The position numbers and the translations under genes were made by a program. The notes under the pieces were generated by a model. It had not been told where the DNA came from and ran no database searches. It saw nothing but the letters and a program-made list of their open reading frames with translations. A stretch of 60,243 nucleotides of DNA, the filler included, from Sluysia triapertura (lineage: Eukaryota), in assembly GCA_046118255.1 (NCBI GenBank). It is 5 parts of 5 records of this genome, joined end to end, with 100 filler letters (N's around TTAATTAATTAA, not from the genome) between each part and the next. Parts side by side here need not be neighbours in the genome. Positions count along the whole stretch, not along the records: positions 1 to 11,633 come from JBJNIA010182635.1; positions 11,734 to 24,379 come from JBJNIA010092121.1; 3 more parts are not named here. The stretch is one strand, 5' to 3'. Shown here one piece after another: positions 1 through 12,558 of this stretch (positions within the stretch are counted from its first letter, which is position 1; each line of letters opens with the position of its first letter).

Positions 1-564
1 TCATCAAATAAACGGAATGAAAATATATTTTATGTTTTGATTTTATTTTTATTATTATTTTAAAATATTATTTTTATTCTTAATATTAAATCGCCACATT
101 TTTCAAACTCCCCAGTTGTCCGAATTAGTAACTAACTGGTCAGTGAAATGCGAATTGGTTACAGTAGCTGCCTAATAAAAGTATCACTAATTATTTTAAT
201 TTTACTATTTATCTTTTTTGTTAAAACCTATACTTTTCTCTAAACTTTGGAAATGGAAATTAAAAGTAAAATTAATTTTACGAATTTGTTGTCCAATATA
301 TCAATGAAACTAAAAATACGTTATCTCCTATTAAAAGTAACGATAACTAGGCAATATTCGTCGATATTTCCAACACGAACTTAGTGCTTAAACATCATTC
401 TCCATTCCACCTTAATTGGATCTGTTAGGTTGTCATCACAATCCTATTAAGATTCCAAAAAACAATTTCCCGCACTAATTATTCAATGAAATAACTTAAA
501 TTCTAAAAAAGAAAAAATATTTTCTAAAAAAGAAATTTATGCTTTAAATACAAAAATTTCTTAC

Positions 565-630
565 TAAAAATAGAAAAAACATTCTATCGGTTTCTATTGG
601 TTGATGACTAGTATGTAAGTAGCATCAATT
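565..630. repeat. Short dispersed repeat, second copy at ~4230-4310
   Basis: aacattctatcggtttctattggttgatgactagtatgtaagtagcatcaat vs aacattccatctattcctattggctgatgtctagtatataaactagcattaat. Confidence 0.65.
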
Positions 631-1199
631 TCATATGATGAAAAATGATATCTATCTAAAACAGTTATTCAATTATAAGATAGAAAAAAGGATTTAATAA
701 CTAAACATTTGTTCATAAAACATTGAGATTTTTTAGATTTACATACGATTGATGTTTTGTTTATATTTCCAATTTACATATTTTATTTATTGGTTAAATA
801 AATATTATTTTCTCTCGGACAAGACTTTCATTCCAATGATTTTTTGTATTCCAGGTACGTATACCTAGATCTAGGGTAAGATGAAGGAAAATTATACCGC
901 TAAAAAAATTTAACAATTATTATACGAAATTTCAAAATATGGATTGAGAAAAATTGGTTAAACTTAGAAAATAATTTCAAATTAAAATTAAAAGTTATTT
1001 CGCTTTAAGTTTTTCGTGACAAAATCAAAAATTGATTTTGCATAAATTAATTTTCATTGTTTTGTATTACTCACAAAGGTAAGTATTAAAAATAATACAA
1101 TTTTAGTTTTGAAATGTCAAAATTTCTATAAAAAGGCACAAACAGTTGTTAAATTTTATATTTAATCAATAATCTACAAGCATTGATTATTAATTTTAG

Positions 1200-2599
1200 A
1201 GATTCGGATAATAATAACAATAATAACAACAACAATTCAAATGACACAATAGAAGAATCTCAAAGAAATCAGGTTAGTAAATGATTGGACAATTTGTTTG
1301 TGTGTGTATGTGTGTGTTTATTGGTTATTAATGTTTGTTCATGATATATTGCTCAAATTCCTCAGAAATTCTAAGTACCATATGGCAGTTTGCTGACATT
1401 TAACAATGCATCTATTAAAATTTAAAGTAAGATAATTTGAAGATTTGAACAGTACGCTAAAGAAGATCTATCGGAATTATCGGAATTAGATAGACATTGA
1501 TAAATCTGTAATAAATTTTGACATTGCGGATTCAATGAAATCTTTCAATTTTNNNNNNNNNNNNNNNNNNNNNNNNNNNNNNNNNNNNNNNNNNNNNNNN
1601 NNNNNNNNNNNNNNNNNNNNNNNNNNNNNNNNNNNNNNNNNNNNNNNNNNNNNNNNNNNNNNNNNNNNNNNNNNNNNNNNNNNNNNNNNNNNNNNNNNNN
1701 NNNTTAAATTTATCTGTCACATCTCTTCGAGACAGAGTATAAAAGCCCTTCATTTTATTTTTTGGTCAATAGTGTAACATTTCCTACCTTTTTGTTCTGA
1801 TTATTCCACACTTTCATTTAATGGTTGAAGTAAATATAAAGTAAATTTTAATAATATTTAATATTAAAACAAAATATTTTTTGAGTTTATTTAAATATTA
1901 TTCTTGAAGCGATAATTCCATTTTTTTCAAAAAATGTGACTGTTTGTTATGTATAGGTCTGACTGTATTATGTAATTAACGAATGAAACGAAGAAAATTC
2001 ATCTTTATTAGAATCTAATTGGCCAATCTCATTTCAGATGGTTGATCTGGTAAAGGCACACACCGACGAATGGACAGCGATGAAATTACAGCAACGAAAA
2101 GAAGAACATGAACTGTGCATGCAGTTTTTGGAAACTCGTCAAGAATCTTTGTTGAGAATTATGCGAGAAGTTCAAGAAGAACAAAAGCGCGAACTGCGAT
2201 GTGTTCATGAAAGAGAAATAAAACAAATGAAGGCGCAACAAACCAAAGCATCAATTGATGCCAATAAGTAAAGAATTTAATTAAATTTTATTAATTTTTA
2301 TCTACTGACAATTTTAAGTAAATAATGTTTTGTATATATTTGAAAATGAAATCCAAAATTTTATTATTAATTACAGAAATGTACTTAATGATAAGAAATT
2401 GAAAAATAAAGCCGAAAGAGATAGACGAATACGAGAATTAAATGATTATAATACAAAGAGATTTATTGATCAACGTAAAGCACAAGCTCAAAAACACGAT
2501 CGACAAATTCAAGAGTTAAACAAGAAGCACGAAAATGAAGAAAAAGAAGTAACAAAAGCAATTGAGAAAGTATTATTATCATTATTACTTTTATTGTCA

Positions 2600-2665
<66 letters not shown>

Positions 2666-2745
2666 ATTTTAATCAGGAAAGACAATTATTAGAAATGAAA
2701 TATCAAGAAGATTTATTGGCTACTAGTCGTGCAACTGCAATATGA
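1200..2745 (+). CDS. PLCB4: Phospholipase C-beta (PLCB4/norpA/EGL-8-like), C-terminal coiled-coil exons: 1200-1272, 2038-2267, 2377-2569, 2677-2745 (stop); 5' exons lie upstream of the window
   Basis: GT-AG boundaries with consistent phases join ...EESQRNQ|MVDLVKAHTDEW...QQTKASIDANK|NVLNDKKLKNKAERDRRIRELNDYNTKRFIDQRK...AIEK|ERQLLEMKYQEDLLATSRATAI*. The KNKAERDRRIRELN..NTKRF motif is typical of the PLC-beta4 distal C-terminal domain (recognised from memory). Confidence 0.88.
1553..1703. other. Scaffold gap (plain N run)
   Basis: 151 N with no linker sequence. Confidence 0.98.
1704..1965 (-). mobile_element. Truncated copy of the Tigger/pogo-like element at 56127-56755, inside a PLC intron
   Basis: Aligns by eye to ~56490-56755 (tttcctac..ttctgattattcc.cactttcatttaa.ggttgaa...aaaaaatgtg...ggtctgactg|ta); shares the same terminus. 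Confidence 0.8.
2603..2663. repeat. (TAT/AAT)n microsatellite; similar tracts at ~21330-21360, 24330-24375, 45825-45873, 48293-48355
   Basis: Trinucleotide runs read directly. Confidence 0.95.
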
Positions 2746-4547
2746 TTGGTTAACTGCTGAACTTTGAATTTAATTGGCCCACTTATTCATACACAAACAC
2801 AGATTTTTCACTCTCCTCAACCTATTAAATGCGATTTATAAAAGACCAATTAAATTTATTCATTATTTACACAAATAAACACACAGACACACACACATAC
2901 ATACCGTAGTTACATAATTTAGACCTATTTTATTTACAACTGAAAATTGTTAAGATAATTTATAAATAAAATATATAAATTTATTTATAATTATAATAAT
3001 CTCAACAATATTCAACAATTATATGTATGATCTTATTTTATCCAATCAAAATATTTCCTTGTATTATTCTTAATTTTACTGGCCTGTTTTCGAATATCAC
3101 TGTTTTAAATTAAATAGACATTTGCAGATTTTATTAATTATTCTCTCATATCTCTTTTATATAGTTTTAATTGATTTTCTATTTTACAAAAATGATCTAT
3201 TTTGATTATTAAATGTAAATTTTGAAACAATCATAAATTTAATAAAATTTATTTTAATAACGATATTTAGCATTTTTTTGCTTATTATTATTATTACTAT
3301 TATTTTTATTGTCATTTTATTATTATTATTACCAAACAATTTTCAGATTAAAAAATTATAATAAAAAGATGATTTTAAAAATTTTATAAATCAACCTTTA
3401 TTTTTATTATTTATTATCATTATTATTACATACAGATCTGCTTGAAATTAATTTTGATTATTTTATACTTTGATGTGATATTAAAAATTTTATATTTAAA
3501 ATTATCAGATTTTATTCTATTGATTATTATAAGTAGTTAATATTTTGCTAATAATTCTTAATAAAATACATTTTTACACCATTTTCTTTCGCGTTATTAT
3601 CTTCCCACATAAGAAAAGCTTTATATTTACTAACAATCTATTTCTTCACAATTTTTCTTCACACTTTCTTTTGGTGTTGTTTTTTGCCGTTTATTCTATA
3701 GCACAAATATGAAATATTTTTCGAAAAATATTAATTTTAATGTACAACCTTGATTTTTATTTACATCAAGGGCATGTCAATTTTTAGATTTAACCTTTGA
3801 TATTATTATCATTATTATTATTATCTTTATCATTATTATTATTTGTAAAGAAGATATATTTGTTGTATTGACGAAAATGATGTATTTTAATTGCATAAAA
3901 TTAAATTAACTTCACAATGATTTTCTATTTTTAGTTATCAGTAGTATAAAAATTGTAAAAAAATTGTTTTGTAATGATATTTTTATCAATTAAAAGATCA
4001 ATATTAACCATAATAATAGAAGTTCTGGTAATGGGGTTGCAGCTTCTAGTATAAGAATAGTGTCTAAAATATTTAAACAAAAACCATTTATATATGACCT
4101 TGTTAAAATATAAAAGTACATTTATTAATTAATTTTATTCAAAAATTGTTTAATTTACTAACATTAGAATTAGTGTGCAATGTTGAAATTGTTAGGTTGC
4201 TAAATAATTTAAGAAATCTTATTTTTCTAAAAATAGAATATCATCTATAATGTTCCAGAACATTCCATCTATTCCTATTGGCTGATGTCTAGTATATAAA
4301 CTAGCATTAATGCAGTTATAAGCGCCATTTTAATTTTAACATAGTTTCGTTATTAATCCATCGTCAACCGCTCTAATTCTCAATTAGCAACTTTATTCGA
4401 GCAAGCTACTCGGGAATCATATTACATGCAATTTGTAAAATATTTTTATTTAAGGACTTAATTAATTAATTCCTGAAAATTAATATATTAAAATGTACTT
4501 AAACTCGTATTTATACATATTTAGTTCTCCAATATATTAACTTAAGA

Positions 4548-5465
4548 AAAATTACGTTTGTATGAATAACTTTTGAATGAGAAATGCTATTGTGGTGACC
4601 AACTCAATATTTCAAAATTTTATTTTAACAATACACAACAAAATCACCTTTCAGAACATTCCTCAATTCTTAATACTTCCAAACATAAAATTACATAACA
4701 CCAGATTCACACTCAAAGATTTGCTAAAAGTTAATTCAAAATATTGCAAACTTAATTCAACACACTTCACATAAAATCACATTCCATAACCTTTTAAAAG
4801 AGATACTTATAGAATAAAATAAGATTTTTTACGTGAGTCCACCAACGTACTAAACTTACCAGTTAGGGCTAGCCGTTGGATTTATAGAAAAAATGGTTTT
4901 TAATTGCAAATGGGAATAACTTCCTAATCTAAGATTCTAAAGTGTTTGCGAGCTATTTAAATATTTTGCTGTCAAATAACAATTCAGAAATTAAATATCT
5001 AAATGTTCAAGTTTGGGAGGTATTTTAAAGAAAATGGGAGTAAATTTAAATATTTTATTAACTGAAAAAATAACAGTTGAATTATTTACGTAAATCTTAT
5101 GAAAATGATTTGCAATAAATGATTTTACGATATCAGAATTAAATTTTGATAAAGTTTTAATGCATGGGCGATTTATTGATTTTGAAACTATATAAATTAT
5201 TTGGTACTCAGATATTCAAATAAAAGATTCTTCTTGAATATGTAGTAATAAATGTAATTATACAACTATTTAATAATTATAATAAGTAATAAAAACTTTA
5301 CGTTAATTAACTATCAAAGATTATATTTTTTTGTAAGATATTTTAGTTTGATTTTTCGTAGGAACCGTTAAAAGCTTCCTTATATCTTTATAGAATAGAT
5401 TTTAAATGGAGTTTACGTTTGATACTTATAAGTATCTAATCATACAAAAATAAATTAACGTTTTC
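4548..5465 (-). repeat. Diverged ~0.9-kb unit carrying the conserved hairpin motif (copy F, 4833-4879)
   Basis: Colinear similarity with ~5905-6945: hairpin motif, cgta.gaaccg.taaaag.ttcc block and tttRcgt..gatactt...aaataaa.taacg end. Boundaries are approximate. Confidence 0.7.
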
Positions 5466-5695
5466 TTTAAATTATTCGATAAATAGAAAAAGCTCTTGAT
5501 TAGTCGGGTGTCCTTTTGTCAAGTGAGAAATAGAAATGATAAGCCTTGTGTTCTTGCACAATGAAACTCTATGGTAGTTTAAAAATATGTTTTTTGTGAG
5601 AGCTGTAAATTTTTTCATATTTATTTATGTTGGGGTAAAAAGGCCTAAAGTGCCATTTAGTAAAATTGACTATAAGAAAATAAAATCGTTAGACG

Positions 5696-5767
5696 GGGCT
5701 GATAGCTCAGTGGTAGAGCAATCGAACTGCGCAGCGATGGTCCCGGGTTCGATCCCCGGTCAGTCCA
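5696..5767 (+). tRNA. tRNA-like sequence (Cys-related?) with a non-canonical anticodon arm; pseudo-tRNA or tRNA-derived repeat
   Basis: Acceptor GGGCTGA/TCAGTCC, D arm GCTC-AGTGGTA-GAGC (A box), T arm CCGGG-TTCGATC-CCCGG (B box). The anticodon arm pairs only ATCG/CGAT around a 10-nt loop AACTGCGCAG. Confidence 0.7.
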
Positions 5768-5904
5768 TCTTACGAAGTCTAACATTTATAAATAAGTATT
5801 TTATTTATATGCACTTTTGTAATGTCCTTAACCAAAATAATTTAAAACAAAATGGTATATAAAAAGAACTATTTAATTAATATTAATAAATTAATTTTAT
5901 AAAT

Positions 5905-6945
5905 TAATAAATACTTACAAAATATTTCCAAAAATCATTTATTTAAAAATACGAATAATACTGTTATTCCAAATAAATCAATTGTTAAAAACATAAATAT
6001 GCCAAAAATATAAATAGTATTGTTATTAAAATCAATAAACAAAACATAATGATAAATACATATTGTTATCAGCAATTGTTATCAACAAAACAACACTTGT
6101 TACTAATAATAATAATAAAACGTCACAATTTTAACAATTCTTACAGCTAAACCTTTTCATATTTCATTTCCTTTACTTCCACTAAAATCTTATCCTAACC
6201 TTCTCAAAACATTTCTATTTCATACTTTATAATATTAAAAGTACATTCGCTTTCAGATTAATAACAGACATTTAAAAATTTATTAAAAACATTTTACTCA
6301 TATTTCCATAACAGCATATCCATAATCACATCTGTTAACATCTTACAACTACCTTTAGAATGTATCAAAACTGTGAGATTTTACTTATAGAATAAAGTAA
6401 AACTTATACGTGAGTCCACCAACGTACTAGGCTTACCGTTTAGGGCTATCCGTTGGATTTTAAATAAAAGAATTTTAATTGAAAATTTTAAAAACTTCTT
6501 AATGCTCGTTGGTCTATTCCTAAAGTATTTTGAGAAATGAATTCTGGATTTTAAGGAATTTTGTAATTAATATAGGTTAATTATGATATTTTACGATAAT
6601 CCTATGAAAAGGATTTATTTATATTGATTTTGCGAAGTTTAAGATTTTAAAACTATAAAAATTGCTAATATTCAAAATAATAACTTGCCTTTAATGATGT
6701 ATTAACAAATATTATAAAAGTTATAATATTCACAAAGGTTATAAAAGTTATAATACAACAATAAAATGTTACACTAATTAATTATTATCAAGTTAATTAT
6801 TTAAATAATAACAAATTTAAATATATGTTACGTAAGAACCGATAAAAGGTTCCCAATATTTTATAAAAATGAATTTTAAGTGTATTTTGCGTGGGATACT
6901 TTCAGGTATCAAAACCTTAACAAAATAAACTAACGTAAATTATTT
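5905..6945 (-). repeat. Diverged ~1-kb unit carrying the conserved hairpin motif (copy G, 6410-6456)
   Basis: Colinear with 4548-5465; its left part also resembles ~7248-7470 and ~39490-39690. Boundaries are approximate. Confidence 0.7.
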
Positions 6946-9807
6946 TAGAAAATCGACAAGATCCTGGCGAAGAATAAATTTTAATCAGTTAATTGCCTTC
7001 TTGAATGTGTAAAGATCTTGATTGAAAAATTCGTAGAAATCTGGATTATGAAGAATCGTAAAAGATTTATCGTGTAAACAAAATTGTACAGTAAAATAAA
7101 TTACACCAAAAAATACATTGTGTTGTTTAATGCCTTTTTATGCTATTTTATATGCTTTTTTATGTTGGCCTTGACCTTTTATTATTAGAACAAATTTATT
7201 TTATAATAATTTTAAAAATATTATTTTATAATAATATTATAATGTTAAAAATACTTACGTTAGTTTAATCCAAATAATAAAATAAATGATTTAAATAAAA
7301 TCCAATAAATGATTAAAATAAGCGATTAAAACAAATCAATAATTAAAAATCAATAATTGTTAATAATAAATATGCACACATATTATCAAATAAAAATTTA
7401 ACAATTGTCGATTGTCACGTAATAATTACTTGTTTACAAAAGCGTTGCTATATTTTATTTCTTTCAGATCCATTAAAATCATATTTATATCTCAAAACAC
7501 TTAAGTCCACAAGTTATCAACATCCAAACTGTACTTTCAGCTAAAACCATTTAAAAAATTCATTTAAAACATTTCATTCATTATCTTATAACATTATTAT
7601 CACAATTACATCTCAAATTATCAAATTTACGTCTTAAAATTTAATTCGAAATATTTCAAGTTTACAATCATTTACACTCAATCTCTAATACCACTGAAGA
7701 CATTAAATTAATACTTTGAAATCATTTAGACATTACAATCAGAAGAACATTTACACTACAGAAAGTCATTTAAAGACAGATTATGTTGACAGAAAGAGAA
7801 AAGATTTGTGTTTTTATTAAACATATTTTACTTTATTATAATCATTATTTCGTTATTTATTATAATTATTATAATTATCAATATTTTAAATTAAAATTGT
7901 TATTTTTGTGGTTACTATACTTACTATATACTATCTATGCTGTCATCCTTGACAGCTTTGTAATTCTTTTTGATTAGTACTATTAAATTATTGTCTCAAA
8001 ATTATTTTTGTTTGATTGATTATTTTTGTCTGTGTTAATAATAAATTTGCATCACATCGTTGACATATAATCATAAACACCAGAATTGAAGAGTGACAAA
8101 ATAAACACCGTTGTAAAAAAACATGTTGGAATTTTACGGTGACAAATTAAAAATCAATTTAATTTATATTTTAATTTTATCTAATCCGAATTATTGTTTG
8201 TAGAATTTATATCAATTTTTAAATCTATTTTCGTATAAAGTAATTATTTATGGAAACTATGCTATCTAAACATAAACATTTGGATGATATTTCGTTGTAA
8301 TTAGTGTTAATCGTACAATTCGATGAATTAGAATTTAAAATATTAGAATTCGTTAAAGAACCAATTCTAGAATCGAAATTTGCTCTTTACCTTCAAATTG
8401 TATATTAAGATTAGTAGACAAACTAAATGCAAAACATGTTGATATAAAAAAATTCACTGAAATTCACGTGACTTTCAAATAAAACGATTCGATACAAACC
8501 ATCTTAATACTTCAATGTGTATCGTGATGAAAATAGATAAAAGTATACATGTCTCTATCGATGTAAGAAAATTATATCGCAAAGAAAATTATATCATTAG
8601 TAAAAAAACATGGCAAAAGTAAAAACAAAGACTGACAATTTAAAACGTTACTATAATAACAACATATCTTCGCTTAAAATTTCACAACCTTATGTCCATC
8701 AATGCAAACATTACAAACCCATTATCTTGATAAATCTTATTAAAAAAATTTTTTATCTAATTAAATCTCACAATTTCAAACTTACAATTTAATCTAATAC
8801 ATAAAACCAGTCTTATAAACATTTGAACACTTTCATAACTATCTCTTCTACATTCATTAAGAAACATCTCATCTGATAAAATCGATCAAATATATAACAT
8901 TCAAATCACAATTACATTCCAAACCATTAAATTACAGTAAAAAAAACCATTCAAAACATTTTATTTTCAGCTTTAAACAATTCAATTTCAACCACATTTA
9001 AAATCAATCATCAAACACCGTCAAATAATCTTAAACATTTAACATCCCTGTATTTACTTCTTTTACTTTTACTTAAAAACATCATCAGCACCCAAAAGTC
9101 ATTATAAACACTACCTCATGTAAAACATTAAAGTGTATGCTAACATTTAAAATTAATTCACTTCAAGTGCAAAGATAATAGTAAAATTAACATTAAAACA
9201 CATTACACAGCATCTTACATCTTTAAACTTTAACATCACAATTTTTAAAGCCCTATCTCTTTGTATTAAGTTAATATGTTTAGAAAGGTTCAAGAGTAAA
9301 AGTAAGATTATTTTGATTAGAATTTTAAGAGTTTATATGTTTTCTTTTTAACATTGATAATAATAATAATAATAACAATATTGTCGTCGTTATTATTATT
9401 ACCAATTTAATCATTATATTTGTCACTATTATTATTTTTATTTTATTCCACCATTTTTAGTTTATACAAACAAAATCAGTTGTCATATACAGATTTTAAC
9501 CAACACTGATAGTGGTTGCAATCAATTGATACACTGCAATACAAAATTTGTATTACAACCAATAAGAACACAACATTGAGTACAGTTCTAATTTCTGTTT
9601 TTAGCACAAAATAATTATTCTGAAGGTTCAATACAACATTGCCAACTAAATAGATTTAAAAAACAGAAATCATTGATTATTGGTCAGCAGTTAACAATTT
9701 ATTATTTTCATAAATACAAATTTTTTGCGAGAATTTATTGGCAGCAAAAAATTAACATTTTTTACTTTATCATTGATCACAGTTCTGTTTCAGTTAAAAG
9801 ATAGATC

Positions 9808-10998
9808 ATGAATTCTGTTAAAAGTTATAACAACAATAATGATTATAAAGACAATAACCTTAAAGTTAAAAGTTATGATAACGATGATTATAAATACATT
9901 AACCTTAAAGTTAAGAGTTTCGATATCAATGATGTCAATTATAAAAACGATAACCTTAAAGCCACGATAATCATAATGATAACTATAAAGACGATGATTT
10001 TAAAACTAAAAGTTATGATATCAGTAATAATGATTATAGAAACAATGATTGTAATGTTAAAATTTATTATATCAATAATACTTATTACAAACACGATGAG
10101 TCTAAAGCAAAATTGATCGCAATTTGCCCATTCTCTACTGACGAATGTAGTTTATGTATTAAGAACTAAAGTCAATGTCCCTACACACTTACAACATACG
10201 AATTGGAAGCTCAGAAGAACTTTGGATCAATTTGTGTTTGTCACTCTTCGAGAATAGACGGACTTCTCAAAGACCTTCTATTACGAATTACCAGAAACGT
10301 AGAAATCAAAAAGAATCGAAACGATCGACAGGTATCCTATAATTTTATTCACAATTATAATATCATAAATTTTATTTACTTTTTAGGTGGAAAACATGGT
10401 CATTTGAAGATCGTATGCAGGATCCGGCTTTTAGTGTTTAAAAATATCAAAAATAATAAAACTTTATACATTTTTATAAGAATTAATAAATTGTTGTCCA
10501 TTTTTCAGTTTTTTCTAAAAAAATTTATTAATGCTCAGATTTTAAAAGAAAATTTTAAAATTCACTTAAGTATTATATTATATAAATGTATTAATTCTTC
10601 CAAAATTTTAAAATATTTATAATTAATTTATTCAAATTATATGTATCAAAGTTCTAATTATGCTAGTTCTAATGAATGCTAATTCTATATATTTAATATT
10701 TACAATGCTAATTCTATTTACACTAGCTATATTTAACAATGCTAATTCAAATAGATTATTCTAATTCGAATAGATTATTTTAATTCAAAATTTATCATAT
10801 GAAGTTAAAATTTAATTTAATACATTATAAATATTTTAAACCACAACATTATACTTATATGGAAGAATGGATAATGGTGAGTGTTCCCGATATGGCAAAA
10901 AATGTATATATGGTCACGAAGCTTTTGAAATCAGGGATCTATTTGGTTCAACATTGAATCTCAATGATCATCCTCGTAGAATCAGGGCCTTATTATGA
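9808..10998 (+). pseudogene. Decayed gene with ~15-aa LKVKSYDNxDYK repeats followed by CCCH-zinc-finger-like remnants
   Basis: ORF 9808-10116 carries the repeats; then ICPFSTDECSLC..*SQCPYTL..YELE near 10120-10210, GT-AG at ~10332-10387, and LYGRMDNGECSRYGKKCIYGHEAFEIRD...ALL* at ~10855-10998. Stops and frameshifts are present. Confidence 0.4.
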
Positions 10999-11633
10999 AG
11001 TGTGACATCATCACCATTAGACTGGAAGAACCCATATAAAAATGTAAAATCTCAAATCTTTAGTTGGCCCTTAAGGTCAATTACAAAATAGTTATTGTAG
11101 GGTAGAGTCCTTTGGCTAGACCCTTATTATAGTTTAATTATTATCCCTATTATAAGTTTATCATACATAATATTTTTTCATTATTAATATTAATTTTTGT
11201 TGAATTTTTATAAAGTTATATTAATTTTATATCTTTGGTGTAATAAAAAGACTTGAATCTTTTTCTTATTTAAATTGAGCTTATAGTTGCTCTATTTTTC
11301 GAATAATTTACGATTAAATACAATTTTAATCTAGAATATCTTGGTTGTATTATCAACTCATTAAATTTTAAAGGTTCTATCAGTCATTGTATTAGAATTT
11401 AGAGGTATACCATCATTATTTACTTGATTTTTGTACTAATTCAAATATCTCTTAAGCTAGCGTTGGTCTTAATTAGTTTTTTAAGTTATTTATTGTTAAT
11501 TGACATAAACGACAATTTTGCCCATTATTGTTAAGTTAAGGCAAAGAATGTTTTTCGTACGATTAATTTTGATAATTGTTTTCACGTAATTTTACAGGTA
11601 CGCCATTAGTAAGTCGTATACTGTAAACGGACT

Positions 11634-11733
11634 NNNNNNNNNNNNNNNNNNNNNNNNNNNNNNNNNNNNNNNNNNNNTTAATTAATTAANNNNNNNNNNN
11701 NNNNNNNNNNNNNNNNNNNNNNNNNNNNNNNNN
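11634..11733. other. Artificial assembly linker 44N-TTAATTAATTAA-44N; also at 24380-24479, 35840-35939 and 48193-48292
   Basis: Identical 100-nt structure four times; TTAATTAATTAA gives stops in all six frames. Confidence 0.97.
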
Positions 11734-12558
11734 TATTAATGAAAAGGTTCAGTTGTTACAAATGAAATAAAAAGAAAAATAAAATTTATAATATTGATAA
11801 AGAATTTGATCAATTCAACAACTTTGTTGATTAATATTTGATTTTCATTTCCACCAAACCTACGTATTTCTGGGAGAATAACCGCGGGTTTCATATTTAC
11901 TAAATAATGCTTAATGCAATCTCTTAAATCTTCTACTGTTTGCTCCATATTTGATTTATTTTGCTTAGTTTTCCTAGTTTTACTTATTTTAATATTTTCT
12001 AAAGAATTAGTTTTGCGTAATCCGCTTCTATTTTCCTTATCGTTTAAAGCAATCCTTAAAACTACAAGGATCCAACAACAAAATCAAATTTAACAAAATT
12101 AATTCATTTGTAACTTATATTTAATGTTACTGAGTTGTCCCAATTCGGGGGCCAAATAACTGTTCGCTTTCTTGCTTGGAACAATTATGAGAAATGTGTT
12201 TATCAAATAGTCATGATTTGTATCTCCCAATTTTCACCACAAATATTTCGAGTAATCATAACAATGACTTTTCCGACGTGTTTAGTCCTAATGACGATAA
12301 ATTTGACAATATAGATCAATTTTACGATAAATACGAGTTACCAAAGTATGCTTTCCGTCCATTCCAGAATACTATATCGGGAGAGTATGGCGGCCTATAC
12401 CTTATGCTCATGATCTGAAATAACTGGTATCAATTTCGGAAAACTTTAATAAGGTAAATTTTACTGCTCTCAAACATTTTATCATTCTTGATTTTTACAA
12501 TGTATATAATAACCTTTTTATTTCAATTTTCGGATTTTATAAAACATGGCTCGTAACA
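11734..12558 (-). mobile_element. 5' end of an LTR retrotransposon (probably Gypsy): LTR 12558-12161, PBS 12154-12137, start of a gag-like ORF at 11948, cut by the linker
   Basis: Minus strand reads TGTTACG...CGAACA, a 6-nt spacer, then TGGCCCCCGAATTGGGAC (15/18 match to the tRNA-Lys3 PBS TGGCGCCCGAACAGGGAC), followed by ORF MEQTVEDLRDCIKHYLVNMKPAVILPEIRRFGGNEN. Confidence 0.65.

Noticed and set aside
1532-1777. ORFs containing X runs (also 24424-24627)
   Set aside because: Artefacts of translating through N gaps.
2570-2665. Poly-Tyr tail of ORF 2330-2665 and other Ile/Tyr/Phe-rich ORFs (e.g. 43828-44133, 47419-47703)
   Set aside because: Read-through into intronic microsatellite or AT-rich low-complexity DNA.
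4860-4872. Loop CCCTAAC in hairpin copies F/G as a telomerase RNA template or telomere seed
   Set aside because: Only one TTAGGG unit is present and the other copies read CCCTTAA/CACTTAA, so the telomeric register is not conserved.
4833-4879. Hairpin motif as a spliced-leader RNA, because of GTAAG in a stem-loop
   Set aside because: There is no conserved leader exon ending in ATG before GT, the upstream sequence differs between copies, and I see no consistent Sm site.
12194-12418. ORF MCLSNSHD... as the first exon of MARCH
   Set aside because: It lies inside the inferred LTR, ends in a stop, and has no recognisable homology.
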